Assembly: GCA_965655465.1 (NCBI GenBank)
Contig: CBFHGY010000002.1
Location: 9,982 to 73,981, forward strand
Origin: Bacteroidia bacterium
Lineage (GTDB): Bacteria > Bacteroidota > Bacteroidia > NS11-12g > UBA955
Direction: 5' to 3'
DNA length: 64,000 nucleotides
Shown: positions 43,455 to 53,192 of the stretch, piece by piece
Layout: every line of letters begins with the position of its first letter
Position numbering within the stretch: the first letter of the stretch is position 1
Program-made: the position numbers and the translations under genes
The notes under the pieces: model-generated
Database searches by the model: none
The model's input: only the letters and a program-made list of their open reading frames with translations
What the model was told of the DNA's origin: nothing

Positions 43455-45920
43455 TCAAGACCCGAGTAAACGGAGCCTTAATTTTTCTGCAGATTCCGCA
43501 TTACGAGGATCCGACCATTTGAGTATTTCGCGTTTCAACAAGGCGTTTTTTTCCGATTGATTTAGGAAATAATTCAATAGATCCCACACGGGAGCATTCA
43601 ATCGGGAATTAAAGTTTGTAGCGCCTTCAAACAAATTTTGAGCCAAATTTTCATCTAAATAATTCATCCTTTGCAAGGCTTGCATGGCTAAAATTCGGGT
43701 CCTAAATTCGTATTTAGGACCTGCAAAGGCAACCAAGGCTTGGCGCATTCCAGGACCCATTTTGGGATATTCTTTTTGCGCTTTTTCCAAATATTTTATG
43801 CGAATTCCATGTGTAAATCCATCAACAATATTAATTTTATCGAGCAAACTGGTTCTCCGAGGCGCATACAAAGGATGCTCATAAATGCGATCCAAAACCG
43901 TCTCAATAATTACATAACTGGAATCAAGTAACATGTTCTCAAGTAAGGTTTCTGTAGCTTTCACGATGGGAGCAGATTGCGCAAAAACCAAACGAACTGG
44001 GGCTTGTGGGTCTTGAGCGATACTTCGGATAATTCCCAGAGGTGTTCCACTGTCGGTAAGCAATTGTGAAGCAATTTCTGCACGAATCATATCGAATTTT
44101 TCGGTTGAAAATGCCTTGATGAGCACCTCGCGTTTTTTGTCGGGTGCATAGCCGCGCAACGCTACCAATGCATCATAACGGTCGAGCATGTATTGCGCTT
44201 TTTGAAATTGCGATAAATAGGCCTCTTCGCTTTTGGGAAAATTGATTTCTTTTAAAACAAAGGAGCCTTCGTCGAACAGGATAAAATCGATTTCGCCTTC
44301 ACGTGTAGTTTCGAAGAATTCAGTGCTTTTTTTCAGGCTTTGAGTAAAGCGTTTAATACGGCCATTTTTATAATAAATTGCAATTTCCACGGGGATTTCA
44401 AAATGCCGTACTACAGCATCGTGTTCTTGGATTTGTTCTATCAAAAAGTTGATTTTATCTGCATTTTGGCTATATGTTACTTTAAATTTAGGTTCACCAC
44501 CGCGGTGTATCCATTGGTCGAAAAACGGATCTACATTAATGCCAGTAGCATCGATAAAGGCTTTTTGCAAGTCCCAAGTTTCCACGGTTTTGTAGGCGTA
44601 TTGATTCAAATAGTGGCTGATAGCGCGTCGGAAATTATCGCGACCGATTTGGTGCTGCAACATATATAGAACCGAAGCCCCTTTGGGATAGTGACGCGAA
44701 CTTCCAGACTGGCTGTGTCGCACGGGGAGAGAATTGCTTTTTCCCGCAGCAAGTGCCCCGTTCATGTTTTGGCGGAAATACCAAGCCTGATGGTCTTCCG
44801 AAAAAAGATGCCCTTCTACCAAACCGGGATAAAAGGTCGCGAAGCTCTCTTGCAGCCATTGTTCGTTGTCTTTTCGGCCGGTGATCAAGTCGCCAAACCA
44901 TTGATGGGTGGCTTCGTGGGCGTTTACACTTACATAATTGCGATTGAGTAAATAGGCGCGGCTATCGACCCAAAAGAAATCGCCAAAGACCGTGGCTGAG
45001 GTATTTTCCATTGCCCCATATAAGAAATCTTGCACCATCACTTGAGAATAGCTTCCCCAAGCATAAGGAATCCCTATTTCATCGGCAAGGAAGTCTAAAA
45101 TTTCCTCACTGTAACGGCTAGTTGGTTCTACGCGCTCGGGATGTTCGGGATAGTACCAAAATTGATGTTCGATGCCTTTCTTACTTTTTGACTTTTTAAC
45201 GGCGTATTTGTCGATGGCTAACATCAATAAATAACCCGCATGTGGATTTTCAAGTGAATAATGCCAGGTTTTGGTGCCGTCTTTTTTGTTCTCTTTTTGG
45301 GATAAAAGGGCGCCGTTAGAAAGTACTTGGTAAGTTTTATCGAATGTGATGATTGTTTCGGTTGTGAATTTGTCGCTCCGATCGTCGATCATAGGAATCC
45401 AGTGTCGGTTGTCGATGCCTTGTCCTTGCGTCCAAATTTGTCGGCGCGACATGTGGGCGGGTTCTTCGATGGTATCGAGATTCCAACCAATAAAATAGAG
45501 TCCCCGTTTCGGCGTTGCGGTATAGCTAATATCGAGTGTATGCTCGGAAAGGTATTCGAAGGTTGATTTTCGCATATTTCGCAGAGGCTCTTGATTTTTT
45601 ACCACAAGTCCTTCTTTATTGGTGTTGAAATCGGTGTTTACACCATCGAGTTTTACTGAATGAACCAGGATGCCTGGAGCGTGCAGGAAGAGGGTGTCGA
45701 GGTGAGATTGGAGCATTTTGAATGTATGGGTTACATGGCCCATTACTTTTTTCTCTTTGGGGATAAACGACACTTCAACGCGCATATGGGTTACATCGAC
45801 ATTTCGGTTTCTTTCTAGGGCACCCGGATCATCGTGGTATGAGTGGGTATGAGGAAATTGGGCGTGGCTAACAGAAATGGTAGCAGCGAGGACGAATAAT
45901 AGGGTTAAAAAACGTTTCAT
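43455..45920 (-). CDS. M1-family zinc aminopeptidase (aminopeptidase N-like), secreted
   Basis: The GAMENTS exopeptidase motif and HEATHQWFGD...WLQESFATF (HExxH-18-E) are present. I place the start at MKRFLTLLFVLAATISVSHA (cat at 45918..45920). The tracked extension to 46073 runs over the tRNA gene. Confidence 0.85.
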   Translation of the reverse strand: MKRFLTLLFVLAATISVSHAQFPHTHSYHDDPGALERNRNVDVTHMRVEVSFIPKEKKVMGHVTHTFKMLQSHLDTLFLHAPGILVHSVKLDGVNTDFNTNKEGLVVKNQEPLRNMRKSTFEYLSEHTLDISYTATPKRGLYFIGWNLDTIEEPAHMSRRQIWTQGQGIDNRHWIPMIDDRSDKFTTETIITFDKTYQVLSNGALLSQKENKKDGTKTWHYSLENPHAGYLLMLAIDKYAVKKSKSKKGIEHQFWYYPEHPERVEPTSRYSEEILDFLADEIGIPYAWGSYSQVMVQDFLYGAMENTSATVFGDFFWVDSRAYLLNRNYVSVNAHEATHQWFGDLITGRKDNEQWLQESFATFYPGLVEGHLFSEDHQAWYFRQNMNGALAAGKSNSLPVRHSQSGSSRHYPKGASVLYMLQHQIGRDNFRRAISHYLNQYAYKTVETWDLQKAFIDATGINVDPFFDQWIHRGGEPKFKVTYSQNADKINFLIEQIQEHDAVVRHFEIPVEIAIYYKNGRIKRFTQSLKKSTEFFETTREGEIDFILFDEGSFVLKEINFPKSEEAYLSQFQKAQYMLDRYDALVALRGYAPDKKREVLIKAFSTEKFDMIRAEIASQLLTDSGTPLGIIRSIAQDPQAPVRLVFAQSAPIVKATETLLENMLLDSSYVIIETVLDRIYEHPLYAPRRTSLLDKINIVDGFTHGIRIKYLEKAQKEYPKMGPGMRQALVAFAGPKYEFRTRILAMQALQRMNYLDENLAQNLFEGATNFNSRLNAPVWDLLNYFLNQSEKNALLKREILKWSDPRNAESAEKLRLRLLGS

Positions 45921-45975
45921 TGGAAGTGCACGAAAATAGGGGGTTTGGGCAAGATTGAAAAAATATTGAAAAAAA

Positions 45976-46008
45976 TTTGGGAATGTTACAAAGAACATAT
46001 TACCTTTG
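45976..46008 (+). promoter_or_regulatory. Bacteroidota-type promoter for tRNA-Asp (-33 TTTG, -7 TACCTTTG)
   Basis: TTTG lies at 45976..45979 and the exact TAnnTTTG box TACCTTTG at 46001..46008, with 21 nt between them. The tRNA starts at 46035. Confidence 0.55.
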
Positions 46009-46034
46009 CAGTCCCTTCGAGAGAAAGGAAAGAC

Positions 46035-46108
46035 GGTTCGGTAGTTCAGCTGGTTAGAATACGTGCCTGTCACGCACGGGGTCGCGGGTTCGAGTCCCGT
46101 CCGGACCG
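46035..46108 (+). tRNA. tRNA-Asp (anticodon GTC)
   Basis: I folded the cloverleaf by hand. Acceptor stem GGTTCGG pairs with CCGGACC. The D arm is GTTC-AGCTGGTTA-GAAT. The anticodon arm is CGTGC-CTGTCAC-GCACG. The T arm is GCGGG-TTCGAGT-CCCGT. The discriminator is G, the length is 74 nt, and CCA is not encoded. Confidence 0.9.
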
Positions 46109-46110
46109 CA

Positions 46111-46141
46111 AAAAAAGCCTCACAAATGTGGGGCTTTTTTT
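46111..46141 (+). terminator. Rho-independent terminator after tRNA-Asp
   Basis: The hairpin is agcctcac-aaat-gtggggct (one G-U pair), followed by tttttttt. Confidence 0.8.
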
Positions 46142-46161
46142 ATGGTTTCTGTGGGATCCAG

Positions 46162-46343
46162 GGATCAAGTCATATTTCTGGGGGAAATGAAAATTTAAGC
46201 GGATTTTTGCATTCTAAAATTATGCACGAATCCTTAAATATTATCCTAAATCGGATCAAGTGATATTTCCGGGGGAATCAAAATTTCAATTTGATTTTTG
46301 TTCGGAAAAAATCGTGCACGATTCCTATAATATCAATTTAGAT
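46162..46343. repeat. Imperfect tandem direct repeat, 2 x about 91 bp
   Basis: Copy A spans 46162..46252 (ggatcaagtcatatttctgggggaaatgaaaattt...tgcacgaatcc...). Copy B spans 46253..46343 (ggatcaagtgatatttccgggggaatcaaaattt...tgcacgattcc...). Identity is roughly three quarters by eye, and neither copy contains an ORF. Confidence 0.7.
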
Positions 46344-46634
46344 TTATAAGTTGGACTTTGACCTAGAATAATGAATTAAAGGCCTCTTTAAGTCTCTCAG
46401 CGGCCTTCAAAGCGAGTGGTTTTGGGAAATGACAAGATGAACTCGTACGCAACGAACAACGGCTAACGGAAGTGCGATACGAAGAACTTCAACAATCTAA
46501 ATGTAGGCTTATTGTAAAAGGCGATCAAACAATCGGTATGTTGGAAGGTGCTTCTAAGCGCCGTATGAACCCAAGATTACTCCAGGCCGCGAATAAAGCA
46601 ACCGCTGGTCAAATAACCGCGTGTGTTTGAAGCT

Positions 46635-46665
46635 AAAAAAGAAAAGCCCCGTTTCCGGGGCTTTT
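46635..46665 (-). terminator. Rho-independent terminator after gldJ
   Basis: The hairpin is aaaagccccg-tttc-cggggctttt. On the minus strand it is followed by cttttttag, 23 nt beyond the gldJ stop. Confidence 0.75.
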
Positions 46666-46687
46666 GAAATATCGAGTTAAATTTGGA

Positions 46688-48373
46688 TTAACGACGTTTT
46701 GTCTTCGCGTCAATACCACTAACGGGTAGTTTGTTATATTTCTTTTTAGAGTTTCCTACTGGAGATCCTACACGAATCATTGCACAACGGAATCCTAAAT
46801 AAGAGGCAGATTGGTCTTGGTCTAGGAATCGTCGTGATCCAGCAGTAGCTTGATACACACGATCCGTCCAGTTTCCACCTTTAATTACACGAGCTTTATC
46901 GTTAATCAAGGTTGTTACACCATAATCATAGGTCAAATCAGGCTCTTCCATTCCAGCTTGCATGTCTTTGTAACCAATGTTGTCAGACTGACTGTAATTA
47001 CGACGGCCACCTTCCTTAATAGATGTTTTAACAACGTCTTGGTATTTGATGCGACCTAAGTCATCTTTATCGCTCAAACCGCCTGGACCATTAGGATCCA
47101 TTACCACTTGTTGAAATTTATTTCCACGGAAAGGCATGAATGCATCCATATCTTCAAGAGATAGGGGACGATAAACATCCATTACCCACTCAGAAACGTT
47201 ACCCTCCATGTTGTATAAACCATATGAATTGGGCCAGAATGAGTGTACGTGAGTGGTTATCATACCACCATCATTCAAAGGACCGCCTGCAATACCTGCA
47301 TAGTCGCCTTTTCCACGCATAACATTCAAACGAATTTTACCGCGGTCTGCTTCTTTACCATCTTTAATACGAATGGTATAATCAGACCATGTGTATATTT
47401 TATTTTGATCGATGTTATCAAATTGCGTTTCGCCAATGGCCGCTTTGCATGCATATTCCCATTCAGCTTCTGTAGGTAGGCGATAATCAGGTAAAAGAAT
47501 ACCGTCTTCCATTTTAACTTTGAATCGTTTCTGATCTTTCTTCTTGGCCTTGGTATAATTGCGTAAAGGTTTTTTTCCTAACATGTTACCTGCACCTCTC
47601 TTGGTATTTACAGCGCCGGAAATATCAACACCACTGAATATACCATTGTCTTGACCAGCAAGGTAAGAACGGGTATTAAAGTTGTTGAAAGGATCACTAT
47701 TGATGGTTTGGTTACCAGCATCAAAATTAATTAAACGCTCACGGTCGAGGATCATTTCGTTCACACGATCTGTACGCCATTTTGCATATTCATTTGCTTG
47801 GTGCCAATTTACGCCAACCACGGGATAATCTTGATAGGAGGGGTGACGGAAATAATATTCCACAAAAGGTTCGTTATAACCTAATTTACTCCTCCAACAG
47901 TTGGTATCTGGTAAAATCTTAGTATACAGTCCTCCTTCAGAAGCAGGATCGTTGGGATCTATTTGCACACCGGCAAATTCATGCGTGCTTTGCAAACCAC
48001 TATTGTTAGGATTGAATACGCGCTGATACCAATAAACGAAATCACCATATTCATGGTTGCTTACCTCGCATTCGTCCATGTAAAATGAATGCACGGTAAC
48101 GGTACGCTCCACATTATCGTGTTCGTATTTTAAATCGGTTTCCGTATTACCCATGGTAAAGGCTCCACCTTCTATTAATACCAAACCAGGACCTGTTTCT
48201 TGTCCTTTGTATTTTAGCTTAGCATAGCCACCCCATTTAGGATCGTTGTGCATCTGTCCGGTGTTCTTGCTTTTAATTCTAGGACCACGGGGATCGCACG
48301 ATGTGAAAACCACGCCTAAAAGGGCGGTTGCCATTAGTACTTTTGTTGTTTTCATTTTGAAATTCTTCAACAT
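46688..48373 (-). CDS. gldJ: Gliding motility lipoprotein GldJ (FGE-sulfatase/SUMF1 fold)
   Basis: The protein is 561 aa with lipoprotein signal LLGVVFTSC. SUMF1-like motifs are present (YPVVGVNWHQANEYAKW, GNVSEWVMD, LGFRCA). The gene lies next to porU/porV, as in Flavobacterium johnsoniae. The start could be Met7 (48355). Confidence 0.8.
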   Translation of the reverse strand: MLKNFKMKTTKVLMATALLGVVFTSCDPRGPRIKSKNTGQMHNDPKWGGYAKLKYKGQETGPGLVLIEGGAFTMGNTETDLKYEHDNVERTVTVHSFYMDECEVSNHEYGDFVYWYQRVFNPNNSGLQSTHEFAGVQIDPNDPASEGGLYTKILPDTNCWRSKLGYNEPFVEYYFRHPSYQDYPVVGVNWHQANEYAKWRTDRVNEMILDRERLINFDAGNQTINSDPFNNFNTRSYLAGQDNGIFSGVDISGAVNTKRGAGNMLGKKPLRNYTKAKKKDQKRFKVKMEDGILLPDYRLPTEAEWEYACKAAIGETQFDNIDQNKIYTWSDYTIRIKDGKEADRGKIRLNVMRGKGDYAGIAGGPLNDGGMITTHVHSFWPNSYGLYNMEGNVSEWVMDVYRPLSLEDMDAFMPFRGNKFQQVVMDPNGPGGLSDKDDLGRIKYQDVVKTSIKEGGRRNYSQSDNIGYKDMQAGMEEPDLTYDYGVTTLINDKARVIKGGNWTDRVYQATAGSRRFLDQDQSASYLGFRCAMIRVGSPVGNSKKKYNKLPVSGIDAKTKRR

Positions 48374-48409
48374 GTGTGTATTAAAACGAGCGTTTATTCT
48401 ATTTTATTG

Positions 48410-48417
48410 CAAACTTA
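48410..48417 (-). promoter_or_regulatory. -7 promoter box TAAGTTTG upstream of gldJ
   Basis: Plus-strand caaactta equals minus-strand TAAGTTTG, an exact TAnnTTTG match 36 nt upstream of ATG 48373. Confidence 0.45.
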
Positions 48418-48459
48418 AGGTGAAATTATTGTTTTTTCTTGCAGTAGGATCTTTAGTGA

Positions 48460-49467
48460 TTAGAACTCTGGACACTTTAAAGGTCTGAATGGTTTTGAGC
48501 CAGGAGGCACACACCAATCTATAGTAGCACTTACTTCATGGCTAGAAGGTATCGCACTGCGACCATCACTCACTGTGAAATCGTAGCTGTATCCAAATTT
48601 GAATCGGTCCTTTCTAAATCCAACTAATAATATCAATGCATCGGAAGTATTGTAATTTCCAAATGTTTGGCGGAACCAAATACCCGTAACCAAAGGACCT
48701 TTGTTTGCATAGAATCCTAAGTTAAGTTGGGTGAAATTTCTTTGAACCATGAATAAGGCATTCGGTGAAATATTGTCTTCTGAAAAACGATTTCCTCCAT
48801 ATTTGATATTACCACCCATGTGAACGGTGTAACGAATAGGAAGAATTTCATCGGGATTTTCATAGAAACTCCAGTTTGGCTGTGTGATATTGTGTGCGGC
48901 GAAACCTCCGTAAAATTTAGTGTTATAAATTACCCAACCCGCATTGAAATTAGGATATGAAACGCTTTGCGCAGCTTGTTGTTCTCCTGTTGGGTTTACA
49001 AATCCTTGAGTGGGAAGAATTTGATCGCCGAAACGCAAACGAGACCAATCTAAGCTTTTAATAGCCAATGATCCTTGTAATCCAAAGCGCATTACTGCCG
49101 CATTTCTTCCTCTTCCTAAAGGCAACATATAACTATATACACCGCTAATAGTAGTGGATTGTAACAAACCCGAGCCAGCGACATCATGAAACACCATCGC
49201 CCCTATTCCTCCTCCAACACTTGGGATATGCTGGTCCCATGAAAGACCATAGGATCTAAAAGTACCAGGAAGACTTGGCCACTGGTTGCGGTAATTAAGG
49301 GATACACGGCCAGCTGCACCTGTTTGACATACGGCAGATCCCGCTAATGCAGGATTGGTATATACAGGAGCTGCGTAGAATTGAGTAAGTTCCGGATCTT
49401 GAGCTCTCAATTCGCCGCTCACCATAGCTAACATAACGACTAAAGCAATGCGTAGTGGTTTCTTCAT
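48460..49467 (-). CDS. PorP/SprF-family type IX secretion system membrane protein
   Basis: The motif AQDPELTQFYAAPVYTNPALAG is typical of the PorP/SprF N-terminus, followed by beta-barrel-like sequence. I place the start at MKKPLRIALVVML (cat at 49465..49467), because the tracked TTG start at 49491 lies inside the -7 box. Confidence 0.8.
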   Translation of the reverse strand: MKKPLRIALVVMLAMVSGELRAQDPELTQFYAAPVYTNPALAGSAVCQTGAAGRVSLNYRNQWPSLPGTFRSYGLSWDQHIPSVGGGIGAMVFHDVAGSGLLQSTTISGVYSYMLPLGRGRNAAVMRFGLQGSLAIKSLDWSRLRFGDQILPTQGFVNPTGEQQAAQSVSYPNFNAGWVIYNTKFYGGFAAHNITQPNWSFYENPDEILPIRYTVHMGGNIKYGGNRFSEDNISPNALFMVQRNFTQLNLGFYANKGPLVTGIWFRQTFGNYNTSDALILLVGFRKDRFKFGYSYDFTVSDGRSAIPSSHEVSATIDWCVPPGSKPFRPLKCPEF

Positions 49468-49488
49468 AGTGATTCTATACTTGGGTAA

Positions 49489-49496
49489 CAAATGTA
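49489..49496 (-). promoter_or_regulatory. -7 promoter box TACATTTG upstream of the porP/sprF-like gene
   Basis: Plus-strand caaatgta equals minus-strand TACATTTG, an exact TAnnTTTG match 21 nt upstream of ATG 49467. Confidence 0.45.
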
Positions 49497-49702
49497 GAGA
49501 TAAAACGATTCAAATAAAAAAATATTTTGAGTACAAAAGCTTTCTGCGGTTTCGAACGATGAAAAAACGACATTTCACTGATCAAAATGACTTCATGATT
49601 CTGCAAGGAGTGCGTCAATTTTAGAACCGGAATTGCCATATACAAAAGATTAAGGTCAAAAAATCGTTACCTTTACATACTCAAAGTTAATTTCGGTTAG
49701 AT

Positions 49703-52700
49703 ATGCAAACAACGCTCCATAAAACGCGTCTATTCATCTTGATTTTTCTCGGATCTTGTTTGAATGTTTTTTCTCAGTTTACAGGGGATTTCCAACCATT
49801 CAAAACGGGCAAATGGGTATCCTTGTCTGTTACAAACGGGGGGTTTTTCAAATTATCCTATGCAGATTTAGAACAATTTGGATTTAATCCGAAAGAAATC
49901 AACCCCAAAACCTTTCAGTTGTTTGCCTCGCAGGGTACGGGTTTCCCAGATATCAATAGAGAAGTTGTTGCCGCAATGCCAGAAGTTCCTATTTACGTTT
50001 CGGGGGAAGCAGATAACGTTTTTGATCCCTCTGATTACATTGTTTTTTATATAGAACCTCTTCAAACTTTTACCAAAGATAACCTCAGATTTAGACGAGA
50101 AAAGCATCAGTATGCCAGTAAAATTAGCGCCTATTTTGGAACCAATTCTAGCACATTGGGTAAAAGGGTTGCGATTACCTCTGGGTTGCCGAATTCTAAT
50201 ACGCCCGTTGTTAGAGAAGGTTGTGTTTTAGGACTTTTAGAGAAAGATGTACAGAATCCGCTCGGAATGGGAAGGGTTTGGTTAGGAGAGAAATTAGGTA
50301 ATGAAACAACCAAGCGGAATTACGCAATCTCGATTCCCATAGGTGCAGATTCTACCTATTTGCAATTTAGAATTGGGGCTTCCATGATAGATGAAACCGG
50401 ATCGCTTGATATCAATTACGGATCACAATCCTTCAATCTGTTCCTGAGAAGAAATATTTCAAGTGATGAACCTGTCTACACCCAAGAGTTCATGCTTAAA
50501 ACCCAAGAAACCGGGATTTTTCCGTTTTCGTTTAGTTTGAATCGGAACAATAGTCAATCTGCGGCGTATTTAGATTATCTTCAAACGCAATCATTTTGTC
50601 AACATCAGAAGGTAGAATCCAACCATTGGTATTATCCCCAACTACAAAATTTGAACTTATCAGAGGGTTTGATATTTGAATTCCCCGGAGAAATCGCCAC
50701 ACGACTAGCATGGGACGTTCACAATCCATACAACCCAGTAGCATTATACGCTGAAACTTCAAATGGGAATCAAAAATACTATCTTAAGGAAACAGATAGC
50801 AAATCCCGATTATGTATACAAGATATTTCCACGATGTCGACCCCCAATTTCATTGGAAATGTATCGTCTAATGAAATTAATTTACACGACGTTTCTACAC
50901 TGTACATCACGGATGCCGCTTTTGCACCCACTTTGAAGAAACTCGATTGGGGAACGATAAATCCGAATAGCCGGATAGTAACCACACAAGAAATTTATGA
51001 TCAATATAGCGGGGGGCAACCTGATTTAGGGGCAATTAGAGCGTATTTGAGGTTTTTATTCACCCAGTATAAAGACGCGAATGCTAATTCCGTATTGAAA
51101 TATGTAACGCTTGTAGGCTCGGCTTCGTATGATTTTTTTGATCGACTGCCTTCAAATACCAATTATATACCCATTTACCAGTCATTTGGAGAACAAAAAA
51201 CATCCAATTTTAGTTTAGATGATTATTTAGGGTACCTCACAGAAGGGGAAGGTGATCCGAGATTAGATCAAAGTAAGCTCAATGTTGTGGTGGGTAGGGT
51301 TCCTGCGAGAAGTGAAACCGAAATTGTACAATTTTTTGAAAAGCGTAAAAACTACCTGTCTACTAAAAGTTTAGGTTCATGGAGGAGCCGGATTACTTTT
51401 GTTACCGATGATGTGGATGAGAGTTGGGAAAAAGAATTTACTTACGAATCAGAAGATTATGCCAACTTCATCGCCAAGAATCATCCCTATTTAAAGGTAA
51501 ATCGAATTTACGCGGATGCTTTCGTTCAAAAAACCAATGGAAATAACGAAGCATATCCAGAAGTAAATAGTGCCATTAAAAAAAGTTTTGAAGAAGGAAG
51601 TTTGTTTATCAATTATCAAGGACATGGAGGTGAAACGGGTTGGGGACAAGAAGCTTTTTTTGATATTCCTACAATAAATTCTCTCAGCAATCCGTATAAT
51701 TTACCGGTATTATTTACTGCAACTTGCGAATTTTCACGATTCGATAATCCAGCATTACAATCTGCTGGTGAAAAAACCTTGTTTCGTAAAAACGGAGGTG
51801 CTGTGGCATTGATGACTACAACAAGAACCGTTTGGGTTTCGGGGAATTCCATTATTAACGATGCATTTTGGAAAAACTATGGATTTCCAAAACCCAATGA
51901 ACCCATCCCAACATTGGGAGAACTATACAGTAGAATGAAGAACCGCCCTCGTTTGAATTCTGAGGATAATAAATTTGCATTATTGGGCGACCCATCTATG
52001 AAATTAGCCTTCCCAGAGCATGTGGTGGATATTGATTCCGTCAATGGAATTGCTTTTGACAAATTTGCCGATACCTTAAAGGCTTTCGGAGTTATCCAAT
52101 TAAAAGGTCATATTACAGAAAGACTAAAAGGTATTATGAATGATTTTAATGGAATTTTGGAAGTTGAAATTTTCGATAAGCCTATTCAACAATTCACCTT
52201 GAATAATGATAATTCTGGAATCAATATTCCATTTAAATCCGAAACAAGTATCATCTATAAAGGGAAAGTTACCGTAACAAATGGTAGGTATGAGTTTGCC
52301 TTTGCTATTCCCAAAGACATTTCCTATCAAGTAGGTGAGGGAAGGTGCATTTTTTATGCATATAATGGATCGACAGATGCTTCGGGTTTTTGGAAGTTTA
52401 ATATTGGAGGATCGAGTCCAATCAATTTTGTAGATACTATTGGGCCTTTGGTGAAGGCTTACATGGGAGATACTTTATTTGTCAATGGAGGAAATGTGCA
52501 ATCTGAAACTCAATTTGTAGGTCGCGTTTACGATCCAAATGGGTTGAATGCTACGGGTTCGGGTATCGGCCGAGATATGGTGTTGACATTAGATCCCGGA
52601 ACGGATTTTGAAAAGAATTACATTGTGAATGAATTTTTCAGTTACGATGCGAATTCGTACCAAAAGGGCACGATTACTTTTCCTTTAGCAAATCTTAAAC

Positions 52701-53104
52701 CAGGCAAACATAAGGCACACATCAAGGTTTGGGATATTTTCAATAATTCAGGAATTTCTGAAGTTGATTTTTACGTTGGACCTGCTCGTGAATTGCAGAT
52801 TTCAGATTCAAAAGTGATTCCTAATCCCATAAATTCCATGGAAAATTTGCGATTTTCGCTAAATCACAACATGGCAAATGAAGATCTAAATGTCAATGTT
52901 TCAATCTTTACTATAAGTGGGTCAAAGGTTTACGAGAATGAAACCTTAGTTTGGTCGGCTCCTAGTAAAATAACATTACCTGAAAACCAAGAAGATTGGT
53001 TTGGGGGATTTGATTTGCCTCCGGGTCTTTATGTGTATCATATCCAGTTAAGCACCCAAGATGGACTCTTGGATCGCGTTTCTGGAAAAATTGTAAAAAA
53101 TTAA
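49703..53104 (+). CDS. porU: Type IX secretion system C-terminal signal peptidase/sortase PorU (C25 peptidase fold)
   Basis: The protein is 1133 aa with a signal peptide. Gingipain-like catalytic contexts are present (INYQGHGGETGWG and LFTATCEFSRFDNP). The gene lies immediately upstream of porV. Confidence 0.8.
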   Translation: MQTTLHKTRLFILIFLGSCLNVFSQFTGDFQPFKTGKWVSLSVTNGGFFKLSYADLEQFGFNPKEINPKTFQLFASQGTGFPDINREVVAAMPEVPIYVSGEADNVFDPSDYIVFYIEPLQTFTKDNLRFRREKHQYASKISAYFGTNSSTLGKRVAITSGLPNSNTPVVREGCVLGLLEKDVQNPLGMGRVWLGEKLGNETTKRNYAISIPIGADSTYLQFRIGASMIDETGSLDINYGSQSFNLFLRRNISSDEPVYTQEFMLKTQETGIFPFSFSLNRNNSQSAAYLDYLQTQSFCQHQKVESNHWYYPQLQNLNLSEGLIFEFPGEIATRLAWDVHNPYNPVALYAETSNGNQKYYLKETDSKSRLCIQDISTMSTPNFIGNVSSNEINLHDVSTLYITDAAFAPTLKKLDWGTINPNSRIVTTQEIYDQYSGGQPDLGAIRAYLRFLFTQYKDANANSVLKYVTLVGSASYDFFDRLPSNTNYIPIYQSFGEQKTSNFSLDDYLGYLTEGEGDPRLDQSKLNVVVGRVPARSETEIVQFFEKRKNYLSTKSLGSWRSRITFVTDDVDESWEKEFTYESEDYANFIAKNHPYLKVNRIYADAFVQKTNGNNEAYPEVNSAIKKSFEEGSLFINYQGHGGETGWGQEAFFDIPTINSLSNPYNLPVLFTATCEFSRFDNPALQSAGEKTLFRKNGGAVALMTTTRTVWVSGNSIINDAFWKNYGFPKPNEPIPTLGELYSRMKNRPRLNSEDNKFALLGDPSMKLAFPEHVVDIDSVNGIAFDKFADTLKAFGVIQLKGHITERLKGIMNDFNGILEVEIFDKPIQQFTLNNDNSGINIPFKSETSIIYKGKVTVTNGRYEFAFAIPKDISYQVGEGRCIFYAYNGSTDASGFWKFNIGGSSPINFVDTIGPLVKAYMGDTLFVNGGNVQSETQFVGRVYDPNGLNATGSGIGRDMVLTLDPGTDFEKNYIVNEFFSYDANSYQKGTITFPLANLKPGKHKAHIKVWDIFNNSGISEVDFYVGPARELQISDSKVIPNPINSMENLRFSLNHNMANEDLNVNVSIFTISGSKVYENETLVWSAPSKITLPENQEDWFGGFDLPPGLYVYHIQLSTQDGLLDRVSGKIVKN

Positions 53105-53192
53105 ACACATGAAGCAAAAAACCAAAAAAATGAATCAACGTAAAAAAAATTACCATTCTCAAAAACGAAACCTTATTTTTGTCGAGTTACCT

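Noticed and set aside
45945-46263. Two plus-strand ORFs (81 and 66 aa) covering the tRNA-Asp gene and its terminator, and the 5' extension of the M1 aminopeptidase ORF to 46073.
   Set aside because: They run straight through a well-folding tRNA and its terminator. The aminopeptidase has a proper signal peptide starting at Met52 (45920).
46162-46343. The tandem 91-bp repeat considered as a CRISPR array.
   Set aside because: There are only two directly adjacent, diverged copies with no unique spacers between them. The unit is far longer than CRISPR repeats, and no cas genes are in the window.
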